This document shows positions 28,116 to 37,640 of a stretch of 64,000 bases of DNA, piece after piece. Made by a program: the position numbers and the translations under genes. This DNA is from an uncultured virus (IMG/VR IMGVR_UViG_3300042888_001691) (lineage: Duplodnaviria > Heunggongvirae > Uroviricota > Caudoviricetes). A model generated the notes under the pieces. It was not told the origin of the DNA and did not search any database. It saw nothing but the letters and a program-made list of their open reading frames with translations. The DNA lies in the IMG/VR virus record IMGVR_UViG_3300042888_001691; one strand, 5' to 3'. Within the stretch, counting starts at the first letter, position 1. Each line of letters begins with the position of its first letter.

Positions 28116-29596
28116 TTCCATTCCACTTTCTCTATAGTAAAAGGATAGTTGGCCTCTCGATAAAACTGTTTGCGTTTGGTCAAGTGTCGTTTCGCAAACT
28201 TGCATGTACTGGTTATGTCCCAGATTTGCACATGGTCTTTGTCCTCCGCTTTGCGAATGCCACGCCCGATACTTTGTATGACCCTAACAAAACTCTTGCC
28301 AGGCTCAAGCAGCACAAGATTAAAAATACGGGGAATATTAATACCAACAGCCGCAACGCCGTAAGTGGCAATAATAATTTTGTTGGTGCTGGTGGCAATT
28401 TCGTCGTATTCATCTTTGCGATCTTTGGCCTTGGTTGATCCTGATACAAAAACCACATCGGGTTTGTCCTTTAATAAACTGAACAGTGTGCTCAGTTCCA
28501 CCTGCAGCATCTTGCCTGTTTCAATCCTGTCAATCAGGATCAAGGTATTACCACCATCTTTGATGGCATCAACCAGCCCAGCAATGTGAGCAATGCGTTC
28601 TGCATTGGTAGTCAAGTATTTAAGCTCGCTTTGATAATCTTTGTAATCAGCATGGTCCACCAATTGCACAATGTTCACATGACAGTTGGCCAAATGGCCG
28701 GCATCTTGCAGTTCACTGGCACTTAGTTTACCCACAGTATCTCCAAGGCTGCAAAATATACTCATGTATTCAGACGGCTCTTTGGGTATAGTACCAGTCA
28801 AGCCCCAACGAATTGGAATATGCGCCATCACGCCAGTCAGCAGAGTCTTTAATGCATCTGCTTTGGCCATGTGTACCTCATCCACGATAACACACACTAC
28901 CCCTTCAAGAAACTCTTGAATGGTGATCTCCGCTTCTGCGTTCTTGGTATTTTTTAACAGGATATTCAGACTCTGCCAGGTACAGATGGTATGAGTACGA
29001 CCAAACTCTTTGCGATCGCCAAAATAAACACCCACATCCAGCTGCATGTTCACATAATCTTGTTCTGTTTGTGTAACTAGGCTTTTGTTGGGTACAATCA
29101 CAATGCTTCTACCGTATGCACTGACTGCATCGCTCAATGCTGCAGTAATAACTGTTTTGCCGGCGCCGGTTGCAATTTCTTGTACACACTGTGGATTGGC
29201 AAAGAATCTGTTGATAATTTCAGGCTGATAGTCTCTGAGTTCCATGGGTTCACCGGCTTTGACATGACCCGGGGGCCATGCAATATGACTGTAGCTTTGC
29301 TCGTTGACTGCCGTGAACTCAAAAGTGGTACGATACTGTCTGGTATCTACTAACTGGCAGTCGTAACCGTGATCATCAAGATAAGGAAGAATCTCTGGCA
29401 GAAGGTTGATATATGTGCTGCCACCCAGCTGAAAGAAGCTGACCTTGCCGTCCCATCGACCCAATCGTACACTGGGCTGGTATCTAGCGCCTGGAATCTC
29501 AAATTTAAATTTGTTGACCAGGTTCTTGCGGGTAGTCAGGTCTAGACCTTCTATTTTTACATTGACTTCGTCGGAAATGATTATTTTGGCTTGCAC
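28112..29596 (-). CDS. uvsW: SF2 DNA helicase UvsW-like
   Basis: LRDYQ, ATGAGKT, DEVH, GLTGT, QSIGRGIR. Confidence 0.92.
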   Translation of the reverse strand: MQAKIIISDEVNVKIEGLDLTTRKNLVNKFKFEIPGARYQPSVRLGRWDGKVSFFQLGGSTYINLLPEILPYLDDHGYDCQLVDTRQYRTTFEFTAVNEQSYSHIAWPPGHVKAGEPMELRDYQPEIINRFFANPQCVQEIATGAGKTVITAALSDAVSAYGRSIVIVPNKSLVTQTEQDYVNMQLDVGVYFGDRKEFGRTHTICTWQSLNILLKNTKNAEAEITIQEFLEGVVCVIVDEVHMAKADALKTLLTGVMAHIPIRWGLTGTIPKEPSEYMSIFCSLGDTVGKLSASELQDAGHLANCHVNIVQLVDHADYKDYQSELKYLTTNAERIAHIAGLVDAIKDGGNTLILIDRIETGKMLQVELSTLFSLLKDKPDVVFVSGSTKAKDRKDEYDEIATSTNKIIIATYGVAAVGINIPRIFNLVLLEPGKSFVRVIQSIGRGIRKAEDKDHVQIWDITSTCKFAKRHLTKRKQFYREANYPFTIEKVEWK

Positions 29597-29598
29597 TG

Positions 29599-30762
29599 TT
29601 ATGCTCTTCGTTGTTGATTATTATATACATCTGCAGCAAAATAAACAACCTTTTTGGCACGTTGTAACAGCATGTTCTTTTCGCCACCGTGCATCATGCC
29701 CACCGAGCTCAATAACAAAGGAATAGGTTGCGTCCAATCAGATTTGAACTTGTTAAAAAACACAATTTTGTTGCCGTCGTTAACAGGTTCTTTTTTGTCA
29801 TTGCCGACCCGATGCACCTGCTCGGGATTGAAATACTTAAGAACAAATTTTTCGTACAATCTATCACTCATGTCAGGTTCGTACACATATATGGGCCAAC
29901 GGCCGGCAATGTTGGCGTAGGCAATGATATCTTCAAACACTGTTGCGTCCGGAGTTGGAGCAAATCTAGTTTCTTGAGCTGTCATTAAATTGAACACTCG
30001 CGGCGAATACTTGTCTATCAATTGTTGTTCAATTGTTGTGTCAACAGTGTAACCAAGTTCTGCAGACATATCAACCAATGAATCAACATTGCTGGAGTGA
30101 AATCCGCACCAGTTGTTGATGTAGTCCACCAAGGTATTGGCAGCATTGGTAATGCTGTACCCACAGTGTGTGGCCACCAGTTTAATTTCGTAAGGGTCTG
30201 ATTCACAGGCCAAAATCAATTGTACCAGTTCTTCAAACTTGGGATCTATTTCAAAGTCGTTGTTTCTAGCAAATCCATTTGCAGCAATCACATTGGTTTC
30301 GGTCATGCCCAGTCGCCAAACTTTATCAGCACTGTTGTCAAATTGCCAGGTGCCTTGGCTAATTTTTGCCAGTTCTCTTATACTGTCAATCATTTTTACA
30401 TCATACGGAAACCTTAAAGCAATAGAATCGCCGTCCACATACACTCGTCGAGTGCGATCAATTATCCTTATGCTCATACGATACTGCGGATTTTCTACTG
30501 GGCTGGTATCAATACCAAAGTTGGCCAGCTGCTTGCGATACTTGAGCACCAATTTGCATGCCAGTGCTGCTTGCTTGTCAGTCAGCGCACGGCCATCCAT
30601 ACTGGCCACACTCATGCTATGCACAATAGCAACATCGTACCGGGCCAGACTGATTATAGGTGGGGTATTTTCAAAGATGCCAAAAAGTTTTCCAGTAACC
30701 AAATCACGATCACCATTGATAACTTCTATGTAATCTTCTACGTAGGGGAATTTTTTTAGCAT
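29599..30762 (-). CDS. Hypothetical phage protein
   Basis: Start revised to ATG 30762 (MLKKFPYVED); the longer ORF would read through a terminator and a promoter. Confidence 0.75.
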   Translation of the reverse strand: MLKKFPYVEDYIEVINGDRDLVTGKLFGIFENTPPIISLARYDVAIVHSMSVASMDGRALTDKQAALACKLVLKYRKQLANFGIDTSPVENPQYRMSIRIIDRTRRVYVDGDSIALRFPYDVKMIDSIRELAKISQGTWQFDNSADKVWRLGMTETNVIAANGFARNNDFEIDPKFEELVQLILACESDPYEIKLVATHCGYSITNAANTLVDYINNWCGFHSSNVDSLVDMSAELGYTVDTTIEQQLIDKYSPRVFNLMTAQETRFAPTPDATVFEDIIAYANIAGRWPIYVYEPDMSDRLYEKFVLKYFNPEQVHRVGNDKKEPVNDGNKIVFFNKFKSDWTQPIPLLLSSVGMMHGGEKNMLLQRAKKVVYFAADVYNNQQRRA

Positions 30763-30768
30763 AAAGTA

Positions 30769-30797
30769 ATTATAGCACATGTTGAATGCAAAGTCAA
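30769..30797 (-). promoter_or_regulatory. Sigma70-type early promoter
   Basis: TTGACT-N17-TATAAT with extended TGn; ATG 6 nt downstream. Confidence 0.85.
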
Positions 30798-30824
30798 AAA
30801 AAAGCTCACCTAAGTGAGCTTTTT
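30796..30824. terminator. Intrinsic terminator, possibly bidirectional
   Basis: AAAAAGCTCAC-ctaa-GTGAGCTTTTT. Confidence 0.85.
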
Positions 30825-30868
30825 GAACCAATAGTAAAAGGAGCTAACAAAAACTTCCGGTTCTAAAC

Positions 30869-31897
30869 TTATGCTGCTCGCATGCAAGTGGTACGAGCCA
30901 TTTTCTCCCACGTGCCAGGAAAGCTCTTGTACAGTTGTGCAATCTTGATTGCCATGCGCAGGCTCATCTCGCGCAATGCATTCTTGTTCTTGTCCATGAA
31001 CGCAATGATCTCGTCTTGCCCAATTTCTGTAATATCCATGTCTGCAAACAGGTCGCCGCTGGCAGCAATTTGTTTGATACGCAACAGTTTGTCACGCATG
31101 GTATCCAGAGTTAAATCAAGATAGTGACAGCGGCTTTGCAGTGCATCCAAGTGATCTTTGATCTTTTGGCTTTTCATCTGATCAAATTTGAGGTTGGTAA
31201 TAAAGATCACACTACCCTTGAAACTGAAGCTGTTGGGAATGCCTTCGTCTTTGAGCGCACGACTTTCACTCAACCACGAAATTTTACGGCTCTTGCCTGA
31301 GTCTAGGGCACCTTTCAACAAGTTCAACGATACATCGTCAAACAAGATGGTGTCACAGTCATCAAACACCAGAACACAATTGCTGTCTGAATATTTGTAT
31401 AATGCCATGTACAGGCCCAATGCAGTGGCACTACCTTTGACTACCTCGGCACGTAGACGCTTGCCTGCAATCTGATCAAACAAACAAGCCTTCTCAATTT
31501 CACGCTCAACGCCATAACTCTTGCCCACACCCGGAGGACCCGACACAATCATGGCACGGATGTCGCCGTTGGTGGCAGCCTTGGTCATTTCAGTCAACAT
31601 TTCAAAACGTTCAGCGATCTCTGCCATGCGTTCGTCATCTGTTTGGACTGCAACTGCAGCCTGTGCGATCACCGCAGACACTGCTGCATCGCCTTCTGCC
31701 ACAAACTCGTAGTCAGTAATGCCGTTGACCTTGATGCGGATGTCATCTGGGAATCCTGGGAACTGCTCGCCGTTCTTGACAGTGACATAGTTACCTTTGG
31801 CGGTACATTTAATTTGCTCAACCAATTGGAACACTTTGCCAGAAACGTCTGTGGTACGATATGCACCAGATTTGATGCGAATAAATGAAGTACTCAT
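30869..31897 (-). CDS. AAA+ ATPase
   Basis: GPPGVGKS Walker A, LVFDDCD Walker B, IFITN, ALQSR. Confidence 0.85.
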   Translation of the reverse strand: MSTSFIRIKSGAYRTTDVSGKVFQLVEQIKCTAKGNYVTVKNGEQFPGFPDDIRIKVNGITDYEFVAEGDAAVSAVIAQAAVAVQTDDERMAEIAERFEMLTEMTKAATNGDIRAMIVSGPPGVGKSYGVEREIEKACLFDQIAGKRLRAEVVKGSATALGLYMALYKYSDSNCVLVFDDCDTILFDDVSLNLLKGALDSGKSRKISWLSESRALKDEGIPNSFSFKGSVIFITNLKFDQMKSQKIKDHLDALQSRCHYLDLTLDTMRDKLLRIKQIAASGDLFADMDITEIGQDEIIAFMDKNKNALREMSLRMAIKIAQLYKSFPGTWEKMARTTCMRAA

Positions 31898-31948
31898 ATA
31901 CGGCTCCTTGTTTAACGATGTAAGTTTCTTTGTTATTATTATTCAAGT

Positions 31949-31977
31949 ATTATAGCAAAATAGAGATTATTGGTCAA
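31949..31977 (-). promoter_or_regulatory. Sigma70-type early promoter
   Basis: TTGACC-N17-TATAAT with TGc extension. Confidence 0.85.
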
Positions 31978-31980
31978 CCG

Positions 31981-32292
31981 TTATGCAAATTCTAACTCTT
32001 GTGCTGGAAAGCGGATTGAACCTTCGTAGTCCAGTTGATCCCGCTCAAACTCAGTAAGATAGTCATCGGCTACAATATTCCAGTCAACAATGTACTCACG
32101 GTAGTACGAACTGTCTTGTTCAATCTTTTCACGCAAAGCCATAATAGCCATGGTTACATCTTTGCCTTTAAAATTCTTGACCACATAGTCGTTGCCGCCC
32201 TTGGCCTTCCAGTACTCAGGGCACTCGCCTGCACCGTCCCAGTCATGGGCGCCGTAGTTTTCGTAAACTTGAGTGGTGATTAATAATTTCAT
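31981..32292 (-). CDS. Hypothetical early protein
   Basis: TQVYENYGAHDWDG.G.CP.YWK.KGG; GAGGAG RBS. Confidence 0.75.
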   Translation of the reverse strand: MKLLITTQVYENYGAHDWDGAGECPEYWKAKGGNDYVVKNFKGKDVTMAIMALREKIEQDSSYYREYIVDWNIVADDYLTEFERDQLDYEGSIRFPAQELEFA

Positions 32293-32363
32293 TGTGCTAA
32301 CTCCTCTGCAGATGGAATATAAACATAATCCTCTTCGTCTTCAACATAGATCCAATAGCCCAC
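32289..32363 (-). CDS. 24-aa acidic micro-protein
   Basis: AGGAG RBS, GTG start, MGYWIYVEDEEDYVYIPSAEELAQ, TGA overlapping the next ATG. Confidence 0.6.
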   Translation of the reverse strand: MGYWIYVEDEEDYVYIPSAEELAQ

Positions 32364-32393
32364 GATTTTCTCCTTGTTAATTACTATACAGCT

Positions 32394-32422
32394 ATTATAG
32401 CACGATGGTGATTATTGGTCAA
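32394..32422 (-). promoter_or_regulatory. Sigma70-type early promoter
   Basis: TTGACC-N17-TATAAT with TGc extension. Confidence 0.85.
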
Positions 32423-32597
32423 CCGGAGCAAACATTTTGGCACCGTGGTGCAGGAATTCTTTCAGTTCGCGGCGCACTTCACTGGGGTACAGTTCTTCAC
32501 ATTCTTTGATGAACATGATTGCATCCAGGGTGCCGTAGCTGGAGTAGCCCTTGCAAATGTAGTCAACTTCGGCCATTAAATTGTGATAGTTGCTCAT
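32412..32597 (-). CDS. Small hypothetical early protein
   Basis: 61 aa with AAGGA RBS and its own promoter. Confidence 0.65.
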   Translation of the reverse strand: MSNYHNLMAEVDYICKGYSSYGTLDAIMFIKECEELYPSEVRRELKEFLHHGAKMFAPVDQ

Positions 32598-32627
32598 TTG
32601 TTAATCCTTGTTAGTTACTATACAAAC

Positions 32628-32656
32628 ATTATAGCAAATGGGTGATTTTTGGTCTA
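32628..32656 (-). promoter_or_regulatory. Sigma70-type early promoter
   Basis: TAGACC-N17-TATAAT with TGc extension. Confidence 0.8.
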
Positions 32657-32662
32657 CCGTTT

Positions 32663-32845
32663 TTAGGCTGCTCGGAGCAGAAAAATGTTGCTTGTTTGCA
32701 AACTTGATTCAAGTTGGGCACGATCAAGGGCAAAAATCAGTGCTAAATCTTTAATTGCAAATTCAGCAACAATTTGGTTCTTGTATTCTACCCGATACAA
32801 AGTTGCAATTTTAGTAACTTTAGCACCCGTTAAGAACTCACCCAT
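32663..32845 (-). CDS. Small hypothetical early protein
   Basis: 60 aa with AAGGGG RBS and its own promoter. Confidence 0.6.
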   Translation of the reverse strand: MGEFLTGAKVTKIATLYRVEYKNQIVAEFAIKDLALIFALDRAQLESSLQTSNIFLLRAA

Positions 32846-32875
32846 TTTGTGCCCCTTGTTAGTTACTATACAAAC

Positions 32876-32904
32876 ATTATAGCAAAATGGCTATTTTTGG
32901 GCTA
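32876..32904 (-). promoter_or_regulatory. Sigma70-type early promoter
   Basis: TAGCCC-N17-TATAAT with TGc extension; 33-bp identity to the 32606-32638 region. Confidence 0.75.
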
Positions 32905-32909
32905 CCTTT

Positions 32910-33128
32910 TTATTTGTTAACTTTTCGGGGAAAACGCCAGATTATGCCAAGTTCAGGATGGCCCACATCGCCGCCTATTGCTAGTCTTGCGGCAGCTGGA
33001 GCCCGATAACTGTGGTAGTTGACGTAGTTGGCTATTCGAGCATCAGTGGTTCTAATCAGACATAATCCGTAATCGTTGGTCACTGTGTAAGTTGTGATTC
33101 CATATTCGTCCTGACTGATAAAGAGCAT
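32910..33128 (-). CDS. Small hypothetical protein
   Basis: 72-aa ORF. Confidence 0.55.
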   Translation of the reverse strand: MLFISQDEYGITTYTVTNDYGLCLIRTTDARIANYVNYHSYRAPAAARLAIGGDVGHPELGIIWRFPRKVNK

Positions 33129-33532
33129 ACCCTATTTATTGCACTAGCCAATTGTTCTGTGGGCACGTTGCTGTCATGATAGCCTTGTGTGACCATGTCC
33201 AGATAACCTGATGCTGGCGCAGCACGGTCCTGTTGGTCCACCATTTGGTATGTCATAGCAGACACTCGGTATTGATCAGTGTTTACCATCACTTGCAACT
33301 TGTGATAATAGTAAGGAAACCCTTCGAGCGCATCCAATGCTTTCACATGAGTTTGATCAATGTCCCACAGCACACCGTAACAGCGAGCGCCGGGCTTTTT
33401 TTCAATGTCGGCATGAGTTCTAAACTCAAATTGATAGTTGTTAATCCAGGCTGCACCCAAACACACTGCACCAGGGCAACGACGTGCCATTTGGTCTAGG
33501 TTTGTATTCATTCCGTAAGAGAAGTATTTCAT
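33080..33532 (-). CDS. Gamma-glutamylcyclotransferase family protein
   Basis: YFSYGMN, YGVLW, LDALEG..YY. Confidence 0.85.
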   Translation of the reverse strand: MKYFSYGMNTNLDQMARRCPGAVCLGAAWINNYQFEFRTHADIEKKPGARCYGVLWDIDQTHVKALDALEGFPYYYHKLQVMVNTDQYRVSAMTYQMVDQQDRAAPASGYLDMVTQGYHDSNVPTEQLASAINRVCSLSVRTNMESQLTQ

Positions 33533-33540
33533 AGAAAATA

Positions 33541-33569
33541 AGTATAATAGAATTGCTGCTTGTTGTCAA
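33541..33569 (-). promoter_or_regulatory. Sigma70-type promoter
   Basis: TTGACA-N17-TATACT; ATG 8 nt downstream. Confidence 0.8.
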
Positions 33570-34345
33570 CCAAGAGTCTGGTGCAATTTTGTCAAGTCTG
33601 CACAGGTGTACTTTTGGTAACTGTGAGTCAGGTGTGCGGGAAATGGTACAGTTTCAATCCGAGCATTATATTGTTCGGCTATTTCTTGTGCTACCGCCTG
33701 AAAACTTTTAACAGTACCTGTACCAATATTCCAAATACCACTTTCTTTGATATCTCGCCAAACAAAGGCAGTTTGAACATCAATTATTCTTTCTACTGGA
33801 ACAAAGTCTCTTAGAAAGTTTTCGCTACCTTCAAAGACTCGAATAACACCAGTGGTCTGTGCTTGTAAGGAAAACTGATGATACGGACTGGCCTGCGATC
33901 CTTTGTGTGCTTCGTGGTCTCCGTAGACATTGAAATATCTGAATCCCTGGCATCGACGATGTGTGGGGTTTTGCTCCACATAATGTTCAAACAGATACTT
34001 GGACCATGCGTAAGGACTGCGCGGATCTACAGGACTGGTTTCCGTATATTCTGTGCCAAGACCGTACACACTAGCACTGCTGCTCCATTGCATGTCCACT
34101 TCGTACTGACGGCATTGTTCATACAACCAAACACTAAAGTCATAGTTTTGTTGCATGACTCGGGCTACATCTGTCTCAGTGGTGCTGCTGATAGCACCAA
34201 AGTGAAATACCCAGTCTAGTCCTTGTATCCTGGGCAGTTGATCTTTTTGCCACTCATAGGTAACAATGTCATGCTTGGTCTTACGCCAAAAGCGTTCGGC
34301 ATGACTGCCTATGAAGCCTCTATTTCCTGTTATTAATATTTTCAA
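33566..34345 (-). CDS. hldD: ADP-L-glycero-D-manno-heptose 6-epimerase-like
   Basis: ITGNRGFIG, GAISSTTE, YAWSK, RYFNVYG..EAHKGSQAS, YQKYTCAD. Confidence 0.85.
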   Translation of the reverse strand: MKILITGNRGFIGSHAERFWRKTKHDIVTYEWQKDQLPRIQGLDWVFHFGAISSTTETDVARVMQQNYDFSVWLYEQCRQYEVDMQWSSSASVYGLGTEYTETSPVDPRSPYAWSKYLFEHYVEQNPTHRRCQGFRYFNVYGDHEAHKGSQASPYHQFSLQAQTTGVIRVFEGSENFLRDFVPVERIIDVQTAFVWRDIKESGIWNIGTGTVKSFQAVAQEIAEQYNARIETVPFPAHLTHSYQKYTCADLTKLHQTLG

Positions 34346-34739
34346 TTGTTTTGGTAGTTGAGTAGTTTTGTACTAACGGGTAAAATTTAACATCTTTGCA
34401 GTGCTGTGCGCCCACAATGGGTTGGCCTTGGTAATCAGCTCCTTTGACCATGATGTCTGCACAATAAATTTTACAAATATGCTCCAACTCTTGAGCCGAA
34501 TCAAACAACCAAACTGCATTAACGCATTTTAAATTGTCCAAGGCAAACTTTCGATCTTGCTGATTGTTGATTGGTCGATCAGTACCTTTTAACTCTTGTA
34601 CCCTGCGATCACTGTCAATACATACCAACAAGTAAGTGCCTTGACTACGTGCAAAGTTAAGCATTTCAATATGCCCTCGATGCAGTATATCAAAGGTTCC
34701 GTTAACTATTACTCTTCTGACTGTCCCCGGGCTGTACAC
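34320..34739 (-). CDS. Heptose-1-phosphate nucleotidyltransferase (RfaE domain II/HldC-like)
   Basis: NGTFDILHRGH, SD..V..LKG..RPIN, VKGADY, YSTT; exact start uncertain. Confidence 0.88.
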   Translation of the reverse strand: MYSPGTVRRVIVNGTFDILHRGHIEMLNFARSQGTYLLVCIDSDRRVQELKGTDRPINNQQDRKFALDNLKCVNAVWLFDSAQELEHICKIYCADIMVKGADYQGQPIVGAQHCKDVKFYPLVQNYSTTKTIENINNRK

Positions 34740-35073
34740 GATAATTGTCCTCTACTGAGTCTGGTGTTGATACTTCTATTATAGTACCTGCTTCTAAACA
34801 AATCAATTGGTGTGGAAATAATGGTGGGTTGTGCCAGGTATCTCCGGCAATTAAAATTTGACTGTCTTTGGATGCATCTTTGGTGTTGATCCAATGCACT
34901 TCAAACCGACCATTTAACACATGCCATGTTTCTTCTTTGGTGGCATGAAAGTGCATACTGAATCGAGCACCAGTATTAAAATTCATCATCTTTCCACAAT
35001 ACTTGTCGTTGGTGGCCCAAATAAGTTCATGCCCCCAACCTTTTTCTACATAGCCTTCAAGCCTTGTATGCAT
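34702..35073 (-). CDS. Cupin-domain sugar isomerase-like protein
   Basis: KGWGHE, SMHFH..K.ETW, EVSTP...DNYR. Confidence 0.8.
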   Translation of the reverse strand: MHTRLEGYVEKGWGHELIWATNDKYCGKMMNFNTGARFSMHFHATKEETWHVLNGRFEVHWINTKDASKDSQILIAGDTWHNPPLFPHQLICLEAGTIIEVSTPDSVEDNYRVQPGDSQKSNS

Positions 35074-35797
35074 GATTAATCTCCATTACTGTTGGGCTGT
35101 ACACACCAACATGTTGTATTGTAACACTTGCTGCACGAGTTGCAAAATTAATTGCCTTCAAAATATCTTTTGTTATCACATATTCGTAGGCCAAGGCTGA
35201 TAAAAATGTATCGCCGGCACCACACACATCAAACGCCTCCACCTGTGGTGTACTAATCGCATGTTCTTTGTACTTTACACCTTTATGCCCTAGTGTAACA
35301 ATAAGTTCCGTAGGGACTGATTTTGCTAGGCTACGTTCTAGTTCGTTAATTTTAACATAGCACCCTTCAAAACGAGCCAGGTTGGTTTTCTTGGTGTCAA
35401 CAAAGATAGGACCAGCGTAATGCAATCGCAAGTCTTCTACACATTCGTAGGTGACTGATCCTTTGTTGTAATCGCTGATCACAACAGCATCATATTGGTC
35501 AAGACCGTGATGGTTTACATTGACCGGACGTGATTGCATGTCTTGATCTATACGTAATAGATGCTGTTTGCTTTTGCTGTCAATGATTCTGGTTTTAATG
35601 CAGGTTTTTATACCGTGTACAAACTCTACTTCGCAGCCCAACTTTAACAAATTTTCACGAACATTGGCCGCCATACCTGGCTTGGTCACAGTGTTTGCAT
35701 AATTGATAATAGGCACAGGTGCCTCAGGACTGATCCGGTCCACTGTACCAAATTGATATTGATCTACTCCGTTATCTCCAATTAATAATATTTTCAT
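35057..35797 (-). CDS. Heptose-7-phosphate kinase (RfaE domain I/HldA-like, PfkB family)
   Basis: RISPEAPVP, GMAANV, SDYNKG, DVCGAGDTF. Confidence 0.9.
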   Translation of the reverse strand: MKILLIGDNGVDQYQFGTVDRISPEAPVPIINYANTVTKPGMAANVRENLLKLGCEVEFVHGIKTCIKTRIIDSKSKQHLLRIDQDMQSRPVNVNHHGLDQYDAVVISDYNKGSVTYECVEDLRLHYAGPIFVDTKKTNLARFEGCYVKINELERSLAKSVPTELIVTLGHKGVKYKEHAISTPQVEAFDVCGAGDTFLSALAYEYVITKDILKAINFATRAASVTIQHVGVYSPTVMEINHAYKA

Positions 35798-36547
35798 TTA
35801 AAAGTATTGACAGTTGTCTCTTGGAAAATAACACTCATTATTTGCCAACGGTTTAATCTTGATTGTTTCTAATACAGAGCTTTTACCAAGTGCCATTGCA
35901 ATGCTGTATGCAGCACTTTGGTTGCCCATAAAAAGATCTGCTCCAGCAATAATGTCAGCAAGTTTTTTAAAGTCATTGACTGGATAATATTGTACACGGA
36001 AGCCGGTACTTTTTTCAAAATCTTCATGTTCCTCATCGCTACCAACAAATATTCCATTTTGTGTAATATTTGCTTGTTCTAATAAATTTTGCCAGGACGC
36101 TGTTCCGTTAGGGCAACGATATCTAAAAGTACGATTAATTACCACACTGGCCATTTGCAAAGGATCTGCTTCTAGCCAAGTTTCATTATACACATCTGCA
36201 GTAAACGGCAAGTTAAAGGTTTTATAAAATGCTTCCACATAGTTGCCTTCAAATCCCCTAAACAGCACACCACGAAATTGATCTAAGTCAATGTCATGGA
36301 TCCCTTTCCAAGGCATCACTTCTGTGATGTATGATTGTCGTCGCAGCAAAGGTTCAATCAAATTGAAATCTGTCACTGTGAATCGGCCCTTGTGCATGAC
36401 GTCAACTTCGTCAGGTCTATATCCGTATTGTGCTACGCAAGTTTCAATATTGTTTAATGCAACTGCAAATGCACCCGCACCTAATTTTTTAACCACAGAC
36501 AAGCTGTAAATTAAATCGCCAAATGTTCCTGAGTGTTTATATATCAT
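35798..36547 (-). CDS. GT9-like glycosyltransferase
   Basis: HSGTFGDLIY and LADIIAGADLFMGNQS..YSIA. Confidence 0.65.
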   Translation of the reverse strand: MIYKHSGTFGDLIYSLSVVKKLGAGAFAVALNNIETCVAQYGYRPDEVDVMHKGRFTVTDFNLIEPLLRRQSYITEVMPWKGIHDIDLDQFRGVLFRGFEGNYVEAFYKTFNLPFTADVYNETWLEADPLQMASVVINRTFRYRCPNGTASWQNLLEQANITQNGIFVGSDEEHEDFEKSTGFRVQYYPVNDFKKLADIIAGADLFMGNQSAAYSIAMALGKSSVLETIKIKPLANNECYFPRDNCQYF

Positions 36548-36777
36548 GATGTTGTTTTAAAATTGTATTCCGAGTATATGCTACCTGTTTGTCCAGGCTC
36601 ATTGCTATCAGTGCATCTTAATTTATGATCAGTGGCATGCGGGCAGCGTTTGTGGCCGCAAGTGACACACACAATCATTCTTGATGATGTTATTGGAAAT
36701 CCATAGTCATTTCTAACCCCATCCAGGCATCGGTAACAATTTTTACAATTTTGATCTACAGTAGCTCTAATACGCAC
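36544..36777 (-). CDS. Small Cys/His-rich putative zinc-binding protein
   Basis: CKNCYRC...CVTCGHKRCPHATDH..C. Confidence 0.6.
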   Translation of the reverse strand: MRIRATVDQNCKNCYRCLDGVRNDYGFPITSSRMIVCVTCGHKRCPHATDHKLRCTDSNEPGQTGSIYSEYNFKTTS

Positions 36778-37640
36778 GTTGCAATCCTTGTTGGGTCAAA
36801 GTTATTACTACATCTAAAATCACCATGTTGACAAACAATTTGTCTAACAGGTCGTTGTTGTGTATCGTTGCATCCTACGCACTCAACGTTGGACAATATG
36901 GCTGTGGTATTGTAACCCATGACACGTTTTCTGTGTGGTAATATACGCTCGGGCAATAGGTGCGTGTGCAAGGAAACAATATGTGTATCACTGGCAGCAG
37001 CAATATGATACGGGCCACTGTCAATTCCCACAAAACATGTTGCGCGATCCATCAACAGTTTTTGCTGTTGTATGTTTAATTTTTCTCTAGCGTCAACAAA
37101 CAATGGATGCGCCACTGAGCCATCCTGGGCACTGCCCACAGTGATAATTTTAAAGTCCGTGCGTGTGGTAAACAATTGTTCAAATACTGCGTACCAAGTG
37201 TCCCACGACATATTTTTTAATGCCCAATGCCATTGGCGAATATGAACAACAATAAATTTATCTAACGCATTGTCAAGACAAAAAGAGTCAACTGTGGCAC
37301 GATCCTGATCACTTGGAAATAACTCTACTCTCTTATCCACTTCTGATGTATTAAAAAAGCGATAAAAATAGCTGTCCAAGTAATGATTAACAGGATTAAG
37401 TTCATAGGCATCATCAAGATTAACATAAAGATCATAAAGTTCTACCTTTGGTGTTGCATCTGTATGATATATGGCCCGAACATGTGGATTATTATCAAAC
37501 ACGTTGGGGTGCTCAGTAGCAATGTCAATCTCACACTTGTATTTCTTTTTGAGTTCGCGAACAACTCCAGTGGTCATGATAACATCACCTAGACTGGCAC
37601 GTCTGCGAACCAATACCTGCATTGGTTTTTCAATATTCAT
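36756..37640 (-). CDS. GT9 heptosyltransferase-like glycosyltransferase
   Basis: SLGDVIMTT and FVGIDSGPYHIAAA; C-terminal CxxC...C...C. Confidence 0.85.
   Translation of the reverse strand: MNIEKPMQVLVRRRASLGDVIMTTGVVRELKKKYKCEIDIATEHPNVFDNNPHVRAIYHTDATPKVELYDLYVNLDDAYELNPVNHYLDSYFYRFFNTSEVDKRVELFPSDQDRATVDSFCLDNALDKFIVVHIRQWHWALKNMSWDTWYAVFEQLFTTRTDFKIITVGSAQDGSVAHPLFVDAREKLNIQQQKLLMDRATCFVGIDSGPYHIAAASDTHIVSLHTHLLPERILPHRKRVMGYNTTAILSNVECVGCNDTQQRPVRQIVCQHGDFRCSNNFDPTRIATCVLELL

Noticed and set aside
32372..32904. CRISPR-like array
   Set aside because: The repeats are promoter/RBS modules separated by ~200-bp ORFs, not 30-40-bp spacers.
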